This document shows, one piece after another, positions 11,852 through 23,229 of a DNA stretch of 64,000 nt (the first letter of the stretch is position 1; each line of letters begins with the position of its first letter). The DNA lies in NCBI RefSeq assembly GCF_031769215.1, contig NW_026782484.1, forward strand, positions 248,001-312,000, given 5' to 3'. Source of the stretch: Ylistrum balloti. Taxonomy: Eukaryota. A model generated the notes under the pieces. It was not told the origin of the DNA. It worked only from the letters and a program-made list of their open reading frames with translations, and did not search any database. Position numbers and translations under genes: made by a program.

Positions 11852-13571
11852 CTTAGCGACAATGCATGCATTAGAGGGTGCGAGGGCCTTACAGTCCCTC
11901 CTCCATCGCAGCGCCCATAATTACCGTTTATACTATGTTTAATCAAGATGAGTCCACCGCTTTTTAGGATATGTAAACGAGCACTAACGGATCTGTACGT
12001 GTGGAAGCGGAAGTGGCCAAACTAATACAGCCCGATTAATTGTTGATATATACATACAGTCAAACTTCGATGAATCGATCTTCGATGATTCGATATTCTC
12101 GCTGTGTCGATATTTTTACTTGGTCCCTACTATTTTCCTTATATATTTCTACTTAACTCACTACTCATGAATCGATCATTTATGTTTCGATATTCTCGGT
12201 GTTTCGATAATTTTCTACTGTACAAGTCATATAAATTGGTTCAAAATCACCATGAATAAATCGATCAAAATTTACCTGTGGTCACTGTGCTCGATGGTCA
12301 GTCGACCGAAACAAATTCACACCTGTAGCGAGACCCTCCAGCGTTAATCTTTTGTTTACCGTTACGGTCGATCAGGACAATGGCATTTTACCACCTCTTG
12401 TATACAATTAGTCAATGACCAATAATTAGTTTGAACAGTACTAGCTGTCTTGAGAAAGCTGTCCACTGGTGTATCTTTTACCGACTACGCACGTGTTGAT
12501 GACCAAGCCCTTACCTGTGCCGAGATGACCGACAGCGACATCTTAGAAAGCATCGTGTCCCAACGCCAACCGAAAGCTGAAGATGACGATGACGACAATG
12601 ACGACGATTCCTTGCCAACGACCAAGCAAACCATCCATGACGCCATGAACGCCCTAGATACAGTCCGAGATTTTCTCCAGCAGACGGGCATCGGGAATAA
12701 TACAGACTCAGCCGCCTCACAGATTGCCGACGTCAGTTATTCCATCCAACAGTATTTCCTCCTCGAGAGAAAACAGTGTACCCTGAGTGAGTTCTTTGGA
12801 ACTGTTTCTAAGTGTGACTGATTAATGTGTTATTTGTGTTTTAGTGCTAATGGTGATAGTGTTTAAGAGTACTAAATAACTGACAGTGCCAATTTCGTGC
12901 TTTTCGTGACATGTGATTTTTCTGTTCCGTAAAATACATTTACCCATTTCGTCATTTACGTGTGATACTTCATTGCCATGTACTTCGAATGTTTCATGTT
13001 ATTTATTGTTGTTTGGTCGTAATAAAATTCAATTTAACTGTTTTTGATTGTTGAGTCTTTATTTAAATCATTAATACACACATAATTGTTATCTTTTGTC
13101 TAAAACATAATGAAAAAAAATTTTAAATATGGAACCCTATTACTTGGACCAGCTATTTGACTGAACTATTTTTGTATCGAAGTCCCGATGTATCGATATT
13201 TTTATGACGGTCCCTTGAATATCGAATTATCGAAGTTTGACTGTATATAAATATACAGTTGTAATTATATCTTATAACATTGTCATTGTATATCAACTAT
13301 CCTATATAGGTTGTAAATTTACTATATATAGTAACACGAGGACAGAATGCACGCTCCTACAAAGAGTACCGCTGGTTAATGCGTATCAATGTGTATAAGT
13401 TTTTTTCTATTATTAGTAACATGTGTCATTATCAATCCATTTAGTTTGGAAATACCAAGGACGTATTATACGTCCCTGGAAATACCTGTATCAAAACGAA
13501 AGTACACGTCATCAGGTGACAAAAGATCAGGTAAGAATAAATCAAGTAAGTATTTCTTAATTAATTGTTCT
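11852..13571. mobile_element. 1720-bp segment present only in copy 2, flanked by TA on both sides; ~530 bp of unclassified host sequence plus a nested Tigger-like element
   Basis: Copy 1 reads CAACG-TA-TATAGAGAG. Copy 2 reads CAACG-TA-[CTTAGC...TTGTTCT]-TA-TATAGAGAG. There are no terminal inverted repeats on the outer segment. An internal hairpin GGACGTAT-T-ATACGTCC lies near 13460-13476. A deletion in copy 1 is an alternative explanation. Confidence 0.55.
12057..13243 (+). mobile_element. Internally deleted Tc1/mariner pogo/Tigger-type DNA transposon (1187 bp)
   Basis: Perfect 15-bp TIRs (CAGTCAAACTTCGAT ... ATCGAAGTTTGACTG) with TA on both sides and subterminal TCGAT repeats. The stop-free frame 12450-12821 resembles the acidic C-terminus of Tigger/TIGD transposases (FTDYARVDD..TCAEMTDSDIL...DDDDD...AMNALDTVRDFL...KQCTLSEFF). 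HTH and DDE domains are absent. Confidence 0.85.
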
Positions 13572-14140
13572 TATATAGAGAGATGCACGGAGTTATAGTG
13601 TTGTGTAACGGACTCTGATACAGACAGACACAGGTCATTTCCTTCTCAAGTTGTTTATTTATAAATCTTTTTAATCTACAATATCACCTGAGGTGAAATG
13701 TATACGGGTAATTGATTTCACACAAAAGTGTCCAGTTGTGGTTAGTTAAGGTGTAATAAGTTACTTATTACTTATATATTTATTGTTGTTATCAAATGTT
13801 GGCCCCATTCTTAATTTCAGAAGTGAAAATGAAACCTCGTTGAAATTCTCAGAATAATAATCATCTCCTCTTCACAGAAAGACCTCGTGCGCCAGATTTT
13901 CTAGCGTGATGTTTATAATCAGTGTCATGTAGGCGTCACGAAGGTCAACTGTAGTCTGACTGTCACTTAATGTTAAATAGCATCCATGCTCCTCTGTCAA
14001 CATTGGAGAAAACGCCACCATTTGTTAACGTAAAAACAACAACAAAGTAAGTCATTTATAATATTATATATTTGGTATTTCACGCAAAGTTTATAGAGAC
14101 GGATATGCCTCTACAATACAAAAATCGAGATTCCGAGAGG

Positions 14141-14633
14141 CACTGTTATAACCGTGGTAGAGGTGCTTGTAGGTACTGTAATAGCCTTGGTAGAGGCGCT
14201 TGTAGGTACTATTACAGCCGTGGTAGAGGCGATTGTTGGTACTGTTATAACCGTGGTAGAGGACCTTGTAGATACTGTTATAACCGTGGTATAGGCGCTT
14301 GTAGGTACTGTTATAGCCGTGGTAGAGGTGCTTGTAGGTACTGTAATAGCCGTGGTAGAGGCGCTTGTAGGTACTATTATATAGCGCTTGTAGGTACTAT
14401 TATAACCGTGGTAGAGGCGCTTGTAGGTACTGTTATAACCGTGGTAGAGGACCTTGTAGATACTGTTATAACCGTGGTATAGGCGCTTGTAGGTACTGTT
14501 ATAGCCGTGGTAGAGGTGCTTGTAGGTACTGTAATAGCCGTGGTAGAGGCGCTTGTAGGTACTATTATAGCCGTGGTAGAGGCGCTTGTAGGTACTGTTA
14601 TAACCGTGGTAGAGGACCTTGTAGGTACTGTTA
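14141..14633. repeat. Minisatellite A, copy 2 (~0.5 kb), fused directly to minisatellite B
   Basis: Same 33-bp unit. It ends ...GGTACTGTTA|AAAGATGCTGG, without the ~680 bp unique spacer seen in copy 1 (5046-5720). Confidence 0.95.
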
Positions 14634-17474
14634 AAAGATGCTGGTCTCTTTCAATATAACAAAGATGCTGGTCTCTTTCAATATAACCAAGGTCCTGGTC
14701 TCTTTCAATATAACAAAGGTCGTGGTCTCTTTCAACATAACAAAGATGCTGGTCTCTTTCAATATAACAAAGGTCGTGGTCTCTTTCAACATAACAAAGA
14801 TGCTGGTCTCTTTCAATATAACAAAGGTCGTGGTCTCTTTCAACATAACAAAGATGCTGGTCTCTTTCAGCATAACAAAGATGCTGGTCTCTTTCAACAT
14901 AACAAAGATGCTGGTCTCTTTCAACATAACAGAAGTGCTGATCTCTTTCAACATTACAAAGGTGCTGGGTCTCCTTCAACATAACAAAGATGTTGGTCTC
15001 TTTCAACATACAAAGGTGCTGGTCTCTTTCAACATTACAAAGGTGTTGGGTCTCTTTCAACATAACAAAGGTCTCTTTCAATATAACTGGTCTCTTTCAA
15101 CATAACAAAGATGCTGGTCTCTTTCAATATAACAAAGATGCTGGTCTCTTTCAATATAACAAAGGTGGTCTCTTTCAACATGGTCTCTTTCAACATAACA
15201 AAGATGCTGGTCTCTTTCAACATAACAAAGATGCTGGTCTCTTTCAACATAATAAAGATGCTGGTCTCTTTCAATATAACAAAGGTCCTGGTCTCTTTCA
15301 ACATAACAAAGATGCTGGTCTCTTTCAACATAACAAAGGTCCTGGTCTCTTTCAACATAACAAAGATGCTGGTCTCTTTCAACATAACAAAGATGCTGGT
15401 CTCTTTCAATATAACAAAGGTCGTGGTCTCTTTCAGCATAACAAAGGTCGTGGTCTCTTTCAACATAACAAAGATGTTGGTCTCTTTCAACATAACAAAG
15501 ATGCTGGTCTCTTTCAGCATAACAAAGGTCGTGGTCTCTTTCAACATAACAAAGATGCTGGTCTCTTTCAATATAACAAAGATGCTGGTCTCTTTCAACA
15601 TAACAAAGATGTTGGTCTCTTTCAACATAACAAAGATGCTGGTCTCTTTCAATATAACAAAGGTCGTGGTCTCTTTCAACATAACAAAGATGCTGGTCTC
15701 TTTCAACATAACAAAGGTGCTGGTCTCTTTCAACATTACAAAGGTGTTGGGTCTCTTTCAACATAACAAAGATGCTGGTCTCTTTCAACATTACAAAGAT
15801 GTTGGTCTCTTTCAACATAACAAAGATGCTGGTCTCTTTCAATATAACAAAGGTCCTGGTCTCTTTCAACATAACAAAGGTCGTGGTCTCTTTCAACATA
15901 ACAAAGGTCGTGGTCTCTTTCAACATAACAAAGATGCTGGTCTCTTTCAATATAACAAAGGTCGTGGTCTCTTTCAACATAACAAAGATGCTGGTCTCTT
16001 TCAATATAACTTTCAACATAACAAAGGTCGTGGTCTCTTTCAACATAACAAAGATGCTGGTCTCTTTCAGCATAACAAAGATGCTGGTCTCTTTCAATAT
16101 AACAAAGGTCGTGGTCTCTTTCAACATACAAAGGTGCTGGTCTCTTTCAACATTACAAAGGTGTTGGGTCTCTTTCAACATAACAAAGGTGCTGGTCTCT
16201 TTCAACATTACAAAGGTGTTGGGTCTCTTTCAACATAACAAAGATGCTGGTCTCTTTCAACATTACAAAGATGTTGGTCTCTTTCAACATTACAAAGATG
16301 TGTGGTCTCTTTCAACATAACAAAGATGCTGGTCTCTTTCAATATAACAAAGGTCGTGGTCTCTTTCAACATAACAAAGATGCTGGTCTCTTTCAATATA
16401 ACAAAGATGCTGGTCTCTTTCAATATAACAAAGGTCCTGGTCTCTTTCAGCATAACAAAGGTCGTGGTCTCTTTCAACATAACAAAGATGCTGGTCTCTT
16501 TCAACATAACAAAGATGCTGGTCTCTTTCAGCATAACAAAGATGCTGGTCTCTTTCAATATAACAAAGGTCGTGGTCTCTTTCAACATAACAAAGATGCT
16601 GGATGCTGGTCTCTTTCAACATAACAAAGATGCTGGTCTCTTTCAGGTCGTGGTCTCTTTCAACATAACAAAGATGCTGGTCTCTTTCAATATAACAAAG
16701 GTCGTGGTCTCTTTCAACATAACAAAGATGCTGGTCTCTTTCAATATAACCAAGGTCCTGGTCTCTTTCAACATAACAAAGATGCTGGTCTCTTTCAATA
16801 TAACAAAGATGCTGGTCTCTTTCAATATAACAAAGGTCCTGGTCTCTTTCAACATAACAAAGGTCGTGGTCTCTTTCAGCATAACAAAGGTCGTGGTCTC
16901 TTTCAGCATAACAAAGGTCGTGGTCTCTTTCAACATAACAAAGATGCTGGTCTCTTTCAATATAACAAAGATGCTGGTCTCTGTCAGCATAACAAAGGTC
17001 GTGGTCTCTTTCAACATAACAAAGATGCTGGTCTCTTTCAATATAACAAAGATGCTGGTCTCTTTCAATATAACAAAGGTCGTGGTCTCTTTCAACATAA
17101 CAAAGATGCTGGTCTCTTTCAATATAACAAAGATGCTGGTCTCTTTCAATATAACCAAGGTCCTGGTCTCTTTCAACATAACAAAGATGCTGGTCTCTTT
17201 CAACATAACAAAGATGTTGGTCTCTTTCAACATAACAAAGATGCTGGTCTCTTTCAACATAAGGTCTCTTTCAATATGGTCTCTTTCAACATAACAAAGT
17301 CTCTTTCAACATAACATGCTGGTCCGTGGTCTCTTTCAATATAACAAAGGTCGTGGTCTCTTTCAACATAACAAAGATGCTGGTCTCTTTCAGCATAACA
17401 AAGATGCTGGTCTCTTTCAATATAACAAAGGTCGTGGTCTCTTTCAACATAACAAAGATGCTGGTCTCTTTCAA
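14634..17474. repeat. Minisatellite B, copy 2 (~2.8 kb, with irregular truncated units)
   Basis: Same 27-bp unit. It runs directly into BTB-PHR coding sequence at 17475. Confidence 0.96.
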
Positions 17475-18079
17475 TGGGAGATCTTCTCTACTTGGTAAGG
17501 TTTCCACTTATGAATCCTAAAATGTTCGTAAATATCGTCGAGAATCACGCTAAACTTCTTACAGCAGAAGAACAAAATCAATTATTGAAAGGACACATAA
17601 CCAACGATTTCTCAAAGACAGGATTTTCATCTAAAAAGCGGACGTACCCACAAAGGGTATGTTATAGGTTCAACGAGAGCAATATATGTGGTGAATGGTC
17701 GTATACAACACCTGATACATTACAGTTCAAGGTCTCTGAAGCTGTATACATCACAGGTGTTGTTCTTTTCGGAAATACTGGTTCCACGTACAACGTTATC
17801 GCAGGTATCCTGGAATGTGGTGAAGTGGTTCATACATGTGTGACTTTAGATTCAAACACATTTCAGGTAATGTTCAATACACCTTTTTCTGCAAAACCTG
17901 ACACATATTACACGCTGAAAGCAGATCTGCAATGCGGTCCTCGTGGGATTGCCGGTCAGAACGGAATGATAAATGTTACATGTGAATCCACAGTGTTCAC
18001 ATTCCAAACCGCCCCGTCACCTACCAACGGTACTACCAAAACTAAAGGACAGATATACGGAATTATATATAAAAGATAA
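17474..18079 (+). pseudogene. 5'-truncated paralog of the BTB-BACK-PHR gene: end of BACK plus full PHR domain, open 201-aa frame (pseudogene or PHR-only gene)
   Basis: From 17476 it aligns to 8527-9133 of copy 1 with no frameshift or premature stop. The BTB and most of the BACK coding sequence are missing. Confidence 0.8.
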
Positions 18080-18803
18080 TTGATAAACTTAACTGGAAAC
18101 AATACACATATTAAAACTGTACAAAATCTCAACAGCACAAGTATAAAAAAATGATACGACACACACTGATTTGGGGGCATAATAGGGACTGTTACTAATG
18201 TAGATACATGTACATATAACATTCATCCTTATTATTCCGACAGAAAGCGTCTAGGGGCATGTCTCCTTCACCCCTACTCCCTCTCTGCGTTTTAAAACAC
18301 AAATTAAGTTAAACTATTATCTTAAATATGTTATATATTTCGGCTGTTCAATACATAAATTCATACACAAAATAATTGGTTACATTTTGTACCAAATCTG
18401 TCTTAACAATGTAAAAAAACCCACTTCATAATGACTCATGTCAACATACGGTGTATTTGAATATGACAGTCGCAGTTGGTGAATCACACACGTCTCCTGT
18501 ACCAAGTGCGCAAGTATGTGACGTTGAAGTGAAATTAAACATATAGCGGGACATCTTAGGCGGATTTGCCTTTCTCAATCTATTTCGTACGATTCTGGAA
18601 CTGACTTGCCCAAATCGGAGAATGCTCCTAACGGACAATGAAGAGGAGTGGAGCCGATTACACATCTACGTGTCTTGCCGACGTGACATCACCACTCGTA
18701 GATCCTGTCCAGTCCCGTACCCTATCACGTTTCATCAATACGTGACATGTTCCTGTCAAAAATCTCACCGGAAATACAATGCATAGATCACTACCCAAAA
18801 AAT

Positions 18804-19400
18804 TCCCGAGGTACCCATATCCCATCAAATCTGGTTCCCGAGGGTACCCATATCCCATCAAATCAGATTTCCGAGGTACCCTATTCCATCAAATCAGACT
18901 TCCGAGGAACCCATATCCCATCAAATCAGATTTCCGAGGTACCCATATCCCCTCAAATCAGATACCCACGGGTACCCATATCCCCTCAAATCAGATTCCC
19001 GAAGATACCCATATCTCATCAAATCTGGTTCCCGAGGTACCTATATCCCATCAAATCAGTTTCCCGAGGTACCCATATCCCATTAAATAAAGCTTCCGAG
19101 GGTACCCATATCTCATCAAATCTGGTTCCCGAGGGTACCCATATCCCATCAAATCTGGTTCCCGAGGGTACCCATATCCCATCAAATCAGTTTCCCGAGG
19201 TACCCATATCCCATTAAATAAAGCTTCCGAGGGTACCCATATCTCATCAAATCTGGTTCCCGAGGGTACCCATATCTCATCAAATCTGGTTCCCGAGGGT
19301 ACCCATATCTCATCAAATCTGGTTCCCGAGGGTACCCATATCTCATCAAATCAGGTTCCCTAGGGTATCTATATTCCATTAAATAAAGCTTCCGAGGGTA
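18804..19400. repeat. Minisatellite C, copy 2 (~0.6 kb)
   Basis: Same 32/33-bp unit as 9955-11180. Confidence 0.93.
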
Positions 19401-20345
19401 CCCATATCCTATCACAGCAAGTGCCCATGGATACCCTTACCCCATTAAATATGGTTCTGGACCCTTTATCCACCTCGATTCCCGTTTGTACTCCTATATT
19501 GTAGCCCGTTGTTAAAACTCAAAACGCGACTATATCTTTGTAAATAAAAATTGTTTTATGAAATTGTTTTTTGAAAATAAATGAATAAATATAGAGTGAT
19601 TCATGGGGAGAATGCAAAACACTAAGTCTGTGAAGAAGGCAGTTGACAAGCTAATAACGCAATAAATTTTATTACACGTAACGGGGATTTTGATCACGTT
19701 CGCGGGGTCGTACCTGGACGGTAATATTACTAACCTGGCTGTAGGACACGTAATAATACAAACGTCCCAGTTTTCATTTTATGTCCACAATAAATAAATA
19801 AACTCGAAGAGGATTTGTTGTTTCTAGGACCATGTTATAACTATACTTCAGGTTTTTTTTGTCAATTGCCGTTTGCTCGATAAACTAGTGGATATGAAAT
19901 GTCCATTTCGTGTTTGTACAATAAATATAGACTTGACGTGAAGTACCTGAATGTAATAACCTACAATAAATTTACCTCGTAGATCGGGGTAGGCTAGCTT
20001 TACCGTCCCACTGCACTGGACATTCAACCCTGCTGAAGTACTACGCTGAGTGTACGGTTATTTTTCGAAACCAACATCAACTTCTCAACTACAGTGCAAT
20101 TCTGATTTAAGACACCTAACTTCAGACATATGTATATAACACGTCAAACGTCAAATACAAAACAACCATACGTCCTATAACTGAGCTGAGTAGATCATAT
20201 TAGGTTAAAGATATATCTATCTATCTATATATATAACGATATCTCAGTTCACGTAAGTCCATATCAATCGTCATCGTCTTCGATAAAAATCCAGGCTGAT
20301 ACTTATCAGAATTTACATAGTTTCAGCATCCGCAGTACCGTTTCA

Positions 20346-21195
20346 GTGGAGTCAGTCAGCAACAGATGGAGAGGTTCCGTGGAGTCAAGCAGCAACAGAC
20401 GGAGAGGTTCCGCGGAGTCAAGCAGCAACAGATGGAGAGGTTCCGTGGAGTCAAGCAGCAACAGACGGAGAGGTTCCGTGGAGTCAAGCAGCAACAGATG
20501 GAGAGGTTCCGTGGAGTCAAGCAGCAACAGACGGAGAGGTTCCGTAGAGTCAAGCAGCGATAGATGGAGAGGTCCCGTGGAGTCAAGCAGCAACAGATGG
20601 AGAGGTTCCGTGGAGTCAAGCAGCGATAGATGGAGAGGTTCCGTGGAGTCAAGCAGCGATAGATGGAGAGGTTCCGTGGAGTCAATGAGCAATAGATGGA
20701 GAGGTTCCGTGGAGTCAAGCAGCGATAGATGGAGAGGTTCCGTGGAGTCAATGAGCAATAGATGGAGAGGTTCCGTGGATTCAGTCAGCAATAGACTGAG
20801 AGATTCCGTTGAGTCGAGCAGTAACAGATGAAGAGATTCCGCAGAGTCGAGCAGTAACAGATGGAGAGGTTCCGTGGAGTCAAGCAGCAACAGATGGAGA
20901 CGTTCCGTGGAGTCAAGCAGCAACAGACGGAGAGGTTCCGTGGAGTCAAGCAGCAACAGACGGAGAGGTTCCGTGGAGTCAAGCAGCGATAGATGGAGAG
21001 GTTCCGTGGAGTCAAGCAGCGATAGATGGAGAGGTTCCGTGGAGTCAAGCAGCAACAGATGGAGAGGTTCCGCGGAGTCAAGTAGCGATAGATGGAGAGG
21101 TTCCGTGGAGTCAAGCAGCGATAGATGGAGAGGTTCCGTGGAGTCAATGAGCAATAGATGGAGAGGTTCCGTGGAGTCAGTCAGCAACAGATGAA
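20346..21195. repeat. Minisatellite, 33-bp unit (GAGTCAAGCAGCAACAGATGGAGAGGTTCCGTG)
   Basis: Direct tandem repeat with 11-aa periodic ORFs (LLDSTEPLHLL). Confidence 0.95.
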
Positions 21196-21559
21196 AAGTT
21201 ATCGTGGTGTCAAGCAGTAAATGAAGAGTTTACGCGGATCCACGAAACAAGGATAGGTTGTAATGGAAAATGCAGCTGAAGGTACTTCGCATGACAACAT
21301 TCCCTAATGACAACGGATGAAAATAACGAAAAAGGCGACAGGGTAAAATCACAAAGATGGTGAGAGAGAAAACTGAAGAGTAAATACAGAAAAAATATCT
21401 TAGGGGAAGGAAAATTATGAAAAGTTGATATCAGACTGAAAATTAGAAAAAAAAGGAAATTGATTACCTTGACCTTCGGCATGGCAGCACAAGCATACAG
21501 TCTTCTAAGCACAATTAGATTATATGCAAAAAGGGCAGCTGGGAACACTTTCAGTTTAG

Positions 21560-22050
21560 AAAGGGGTCGACAGATGTAAAGGTCGATAGAGAAAGGGATC
21601 GAGATATAAAGATCGATAGACAAAGGGATCGACATATAAAGGTCAATATAGAAAGGGATCGAGATATAAGGACGATAGAGTAAGAGATCGATATATAAAG
21701 GACGAAAGAGTAAGGGATCGACATATATAAAGATCGATAGAGAAAGGGATCGAGATATAATTGTCGATAGAGAAAGGGATCGAGATATAAAGATCGACAG
21801 AGAAAGGGATCGAGATATAAAGGACGATAGATAAAGAGATCGAAATATAAAGGTTGATAGAGAAAGGGTTCGAGATATAAAAGACGATAGACAAAGAGAT
21901 CGAAATATAAAGGTCGATAGAGAAAGGGTTCGAGATATATAGTTGATAGTTGAATAGGGAAAGGGATAAACTAAAAAAGAGTCGACAGGCAAAAGGGTCG
22001 ATTTAGAAAGGGGTAGACAGAGGTAAGGATTGAGAGAGAAAGGGTCTAAG
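21560..22050. repeat. Degenerate purine-rich ~30-bp tandem repeat (GATCGATAGAGAAAGGGATCGAGATATAAA)
   Basis: Visible periodicity with many substitutions. Confidence 0.8.
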
Positions 22051-22084
22051 GGGTCAGGGCAGATCATTCATGACTGCCTTTTCG

Positions 22085-22300
22085 GTAATATAAAAGACAA
22101 AATACTGTCTTTCTTGTCGGGTAACACAGAGGATAATCAGATCTGTCCTGTCTGTGACACAGAGGATAATCCCGTCTGTCTTGTCGGAGACAAATAAAAT
22201 GTCTGTTCTGTCAGGTAACATAAAGAATAATCCTGTCTGTCCTGTCGAATGACACAAAATTAGATATTGTCTGTCCTGTCGGATGACACAATAGATGATA
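22085..22300. repeat. Short, highly degenerate tandem repeat (TCTGTCCTGTCGG..ACACA..GATAAT)
   Basis: About five diverged copies. Confidence 0.55.
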
Positions 22301-23229
22301 CAGCTTCTAGAGTCGGATGTACTCTCAATATTATCCTTTCCCCTTCCTGTTGATAAACAGGCGTTGTCCTCAAATCAAAGTGAGCTAGTCCTTATCTTAC
22401 TTTATTGTGAATACGACACTTTTTCTATTTAGATTCTTATATTCGTTTTCGGCCAAAGAAGATTAAGACTTCTGTAAAACGAAGGCACATGTTGTCCAGA
22501 TGTGTTTGTATCCAATGATCAAATTATATGATATATCATACATCTCGTGTGATCGAACTGTATGACAAATCCTACAACGTGTCCACTCTAAGAGTCAGAT
22601 TTAACGGTGTGCTCAGTCCGACACAGTTAATGAAAGAAGTGTAGATCTTATCCTAGGGGGATGACAGGGAACAATAACGAGAGATTTCACCACAGGTAGA
22701 TAGTAATATATACTGTAAAAATTCAAGTCAATCGTGTATTGTCGGGCTACTTATAGGGATTTACATTGATGGAGTGGACATTTCGTTATTGTGGACGACA
22801 AGGAAACAGCGAATCACTGACAGAAACTCACACAGGTAAGGATCTAAAAACAACCATCTGATGCAGATCAAACTCTAAAAACAAATATCAATTGTGCCTG
22901 AGGGTGTAAGCGGCAAGTCAGTTATTTAGCTAATAATATAAAATATTTAAATGTTGTTGGAAATCTTCAACTCAAATTGGGAACGTTTTCATCAGGGTAG
23001 AAAACAATTTAAGTAAGTATTTAAAAATTCATTTGATATTATTGTGTCACATATTTATGTGAAAAAATCCGGAATTCTAGCTAAACTCTCAAATGAATAA
23101 AAGGTAAAACTGTTTTAGGTTGACAGTGTAAGTAAGCGGTTAAGTAAACACATGTAATATATAGATATTGATTTATATATATGTGTGTGAGTCTACATAT
23201 CTAGTGATTTCTTTATATAAAGATAGAGA

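Larger units (their letters stand above)
11184..19420 (+). repeat. Segmental tandem duplication, copy 2 (rearranged: one 1.72-kb insertion, three deletions)
   Basis: Same order of unique blocks and of satellites A, B, C as copy 1. The right boundary is approximate because copy 1 gives nothing to compare beyond satellite C. Confidence 0.88.

Noticed and set aside
5646-17520. MLKETSIFV / YVERDQHLC / MLVSFNITK repeat ORFs
   Set aside because: Frame translations of the 27-bp satellite B.
20306-22067. Leu/Ser-rich ORFs of 100-290 aa
   Set aside because: Products of the 33-bp and ~30-bp tandem repeats.
22660-22840. Two donor-like sites (CACAG|GTAGAT, CACAG|GTAAGG) suggesting small exons
   Set aside because: No open frame or gene could be attached. 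They may be UTR exons, but the sequence alone cannot support that.
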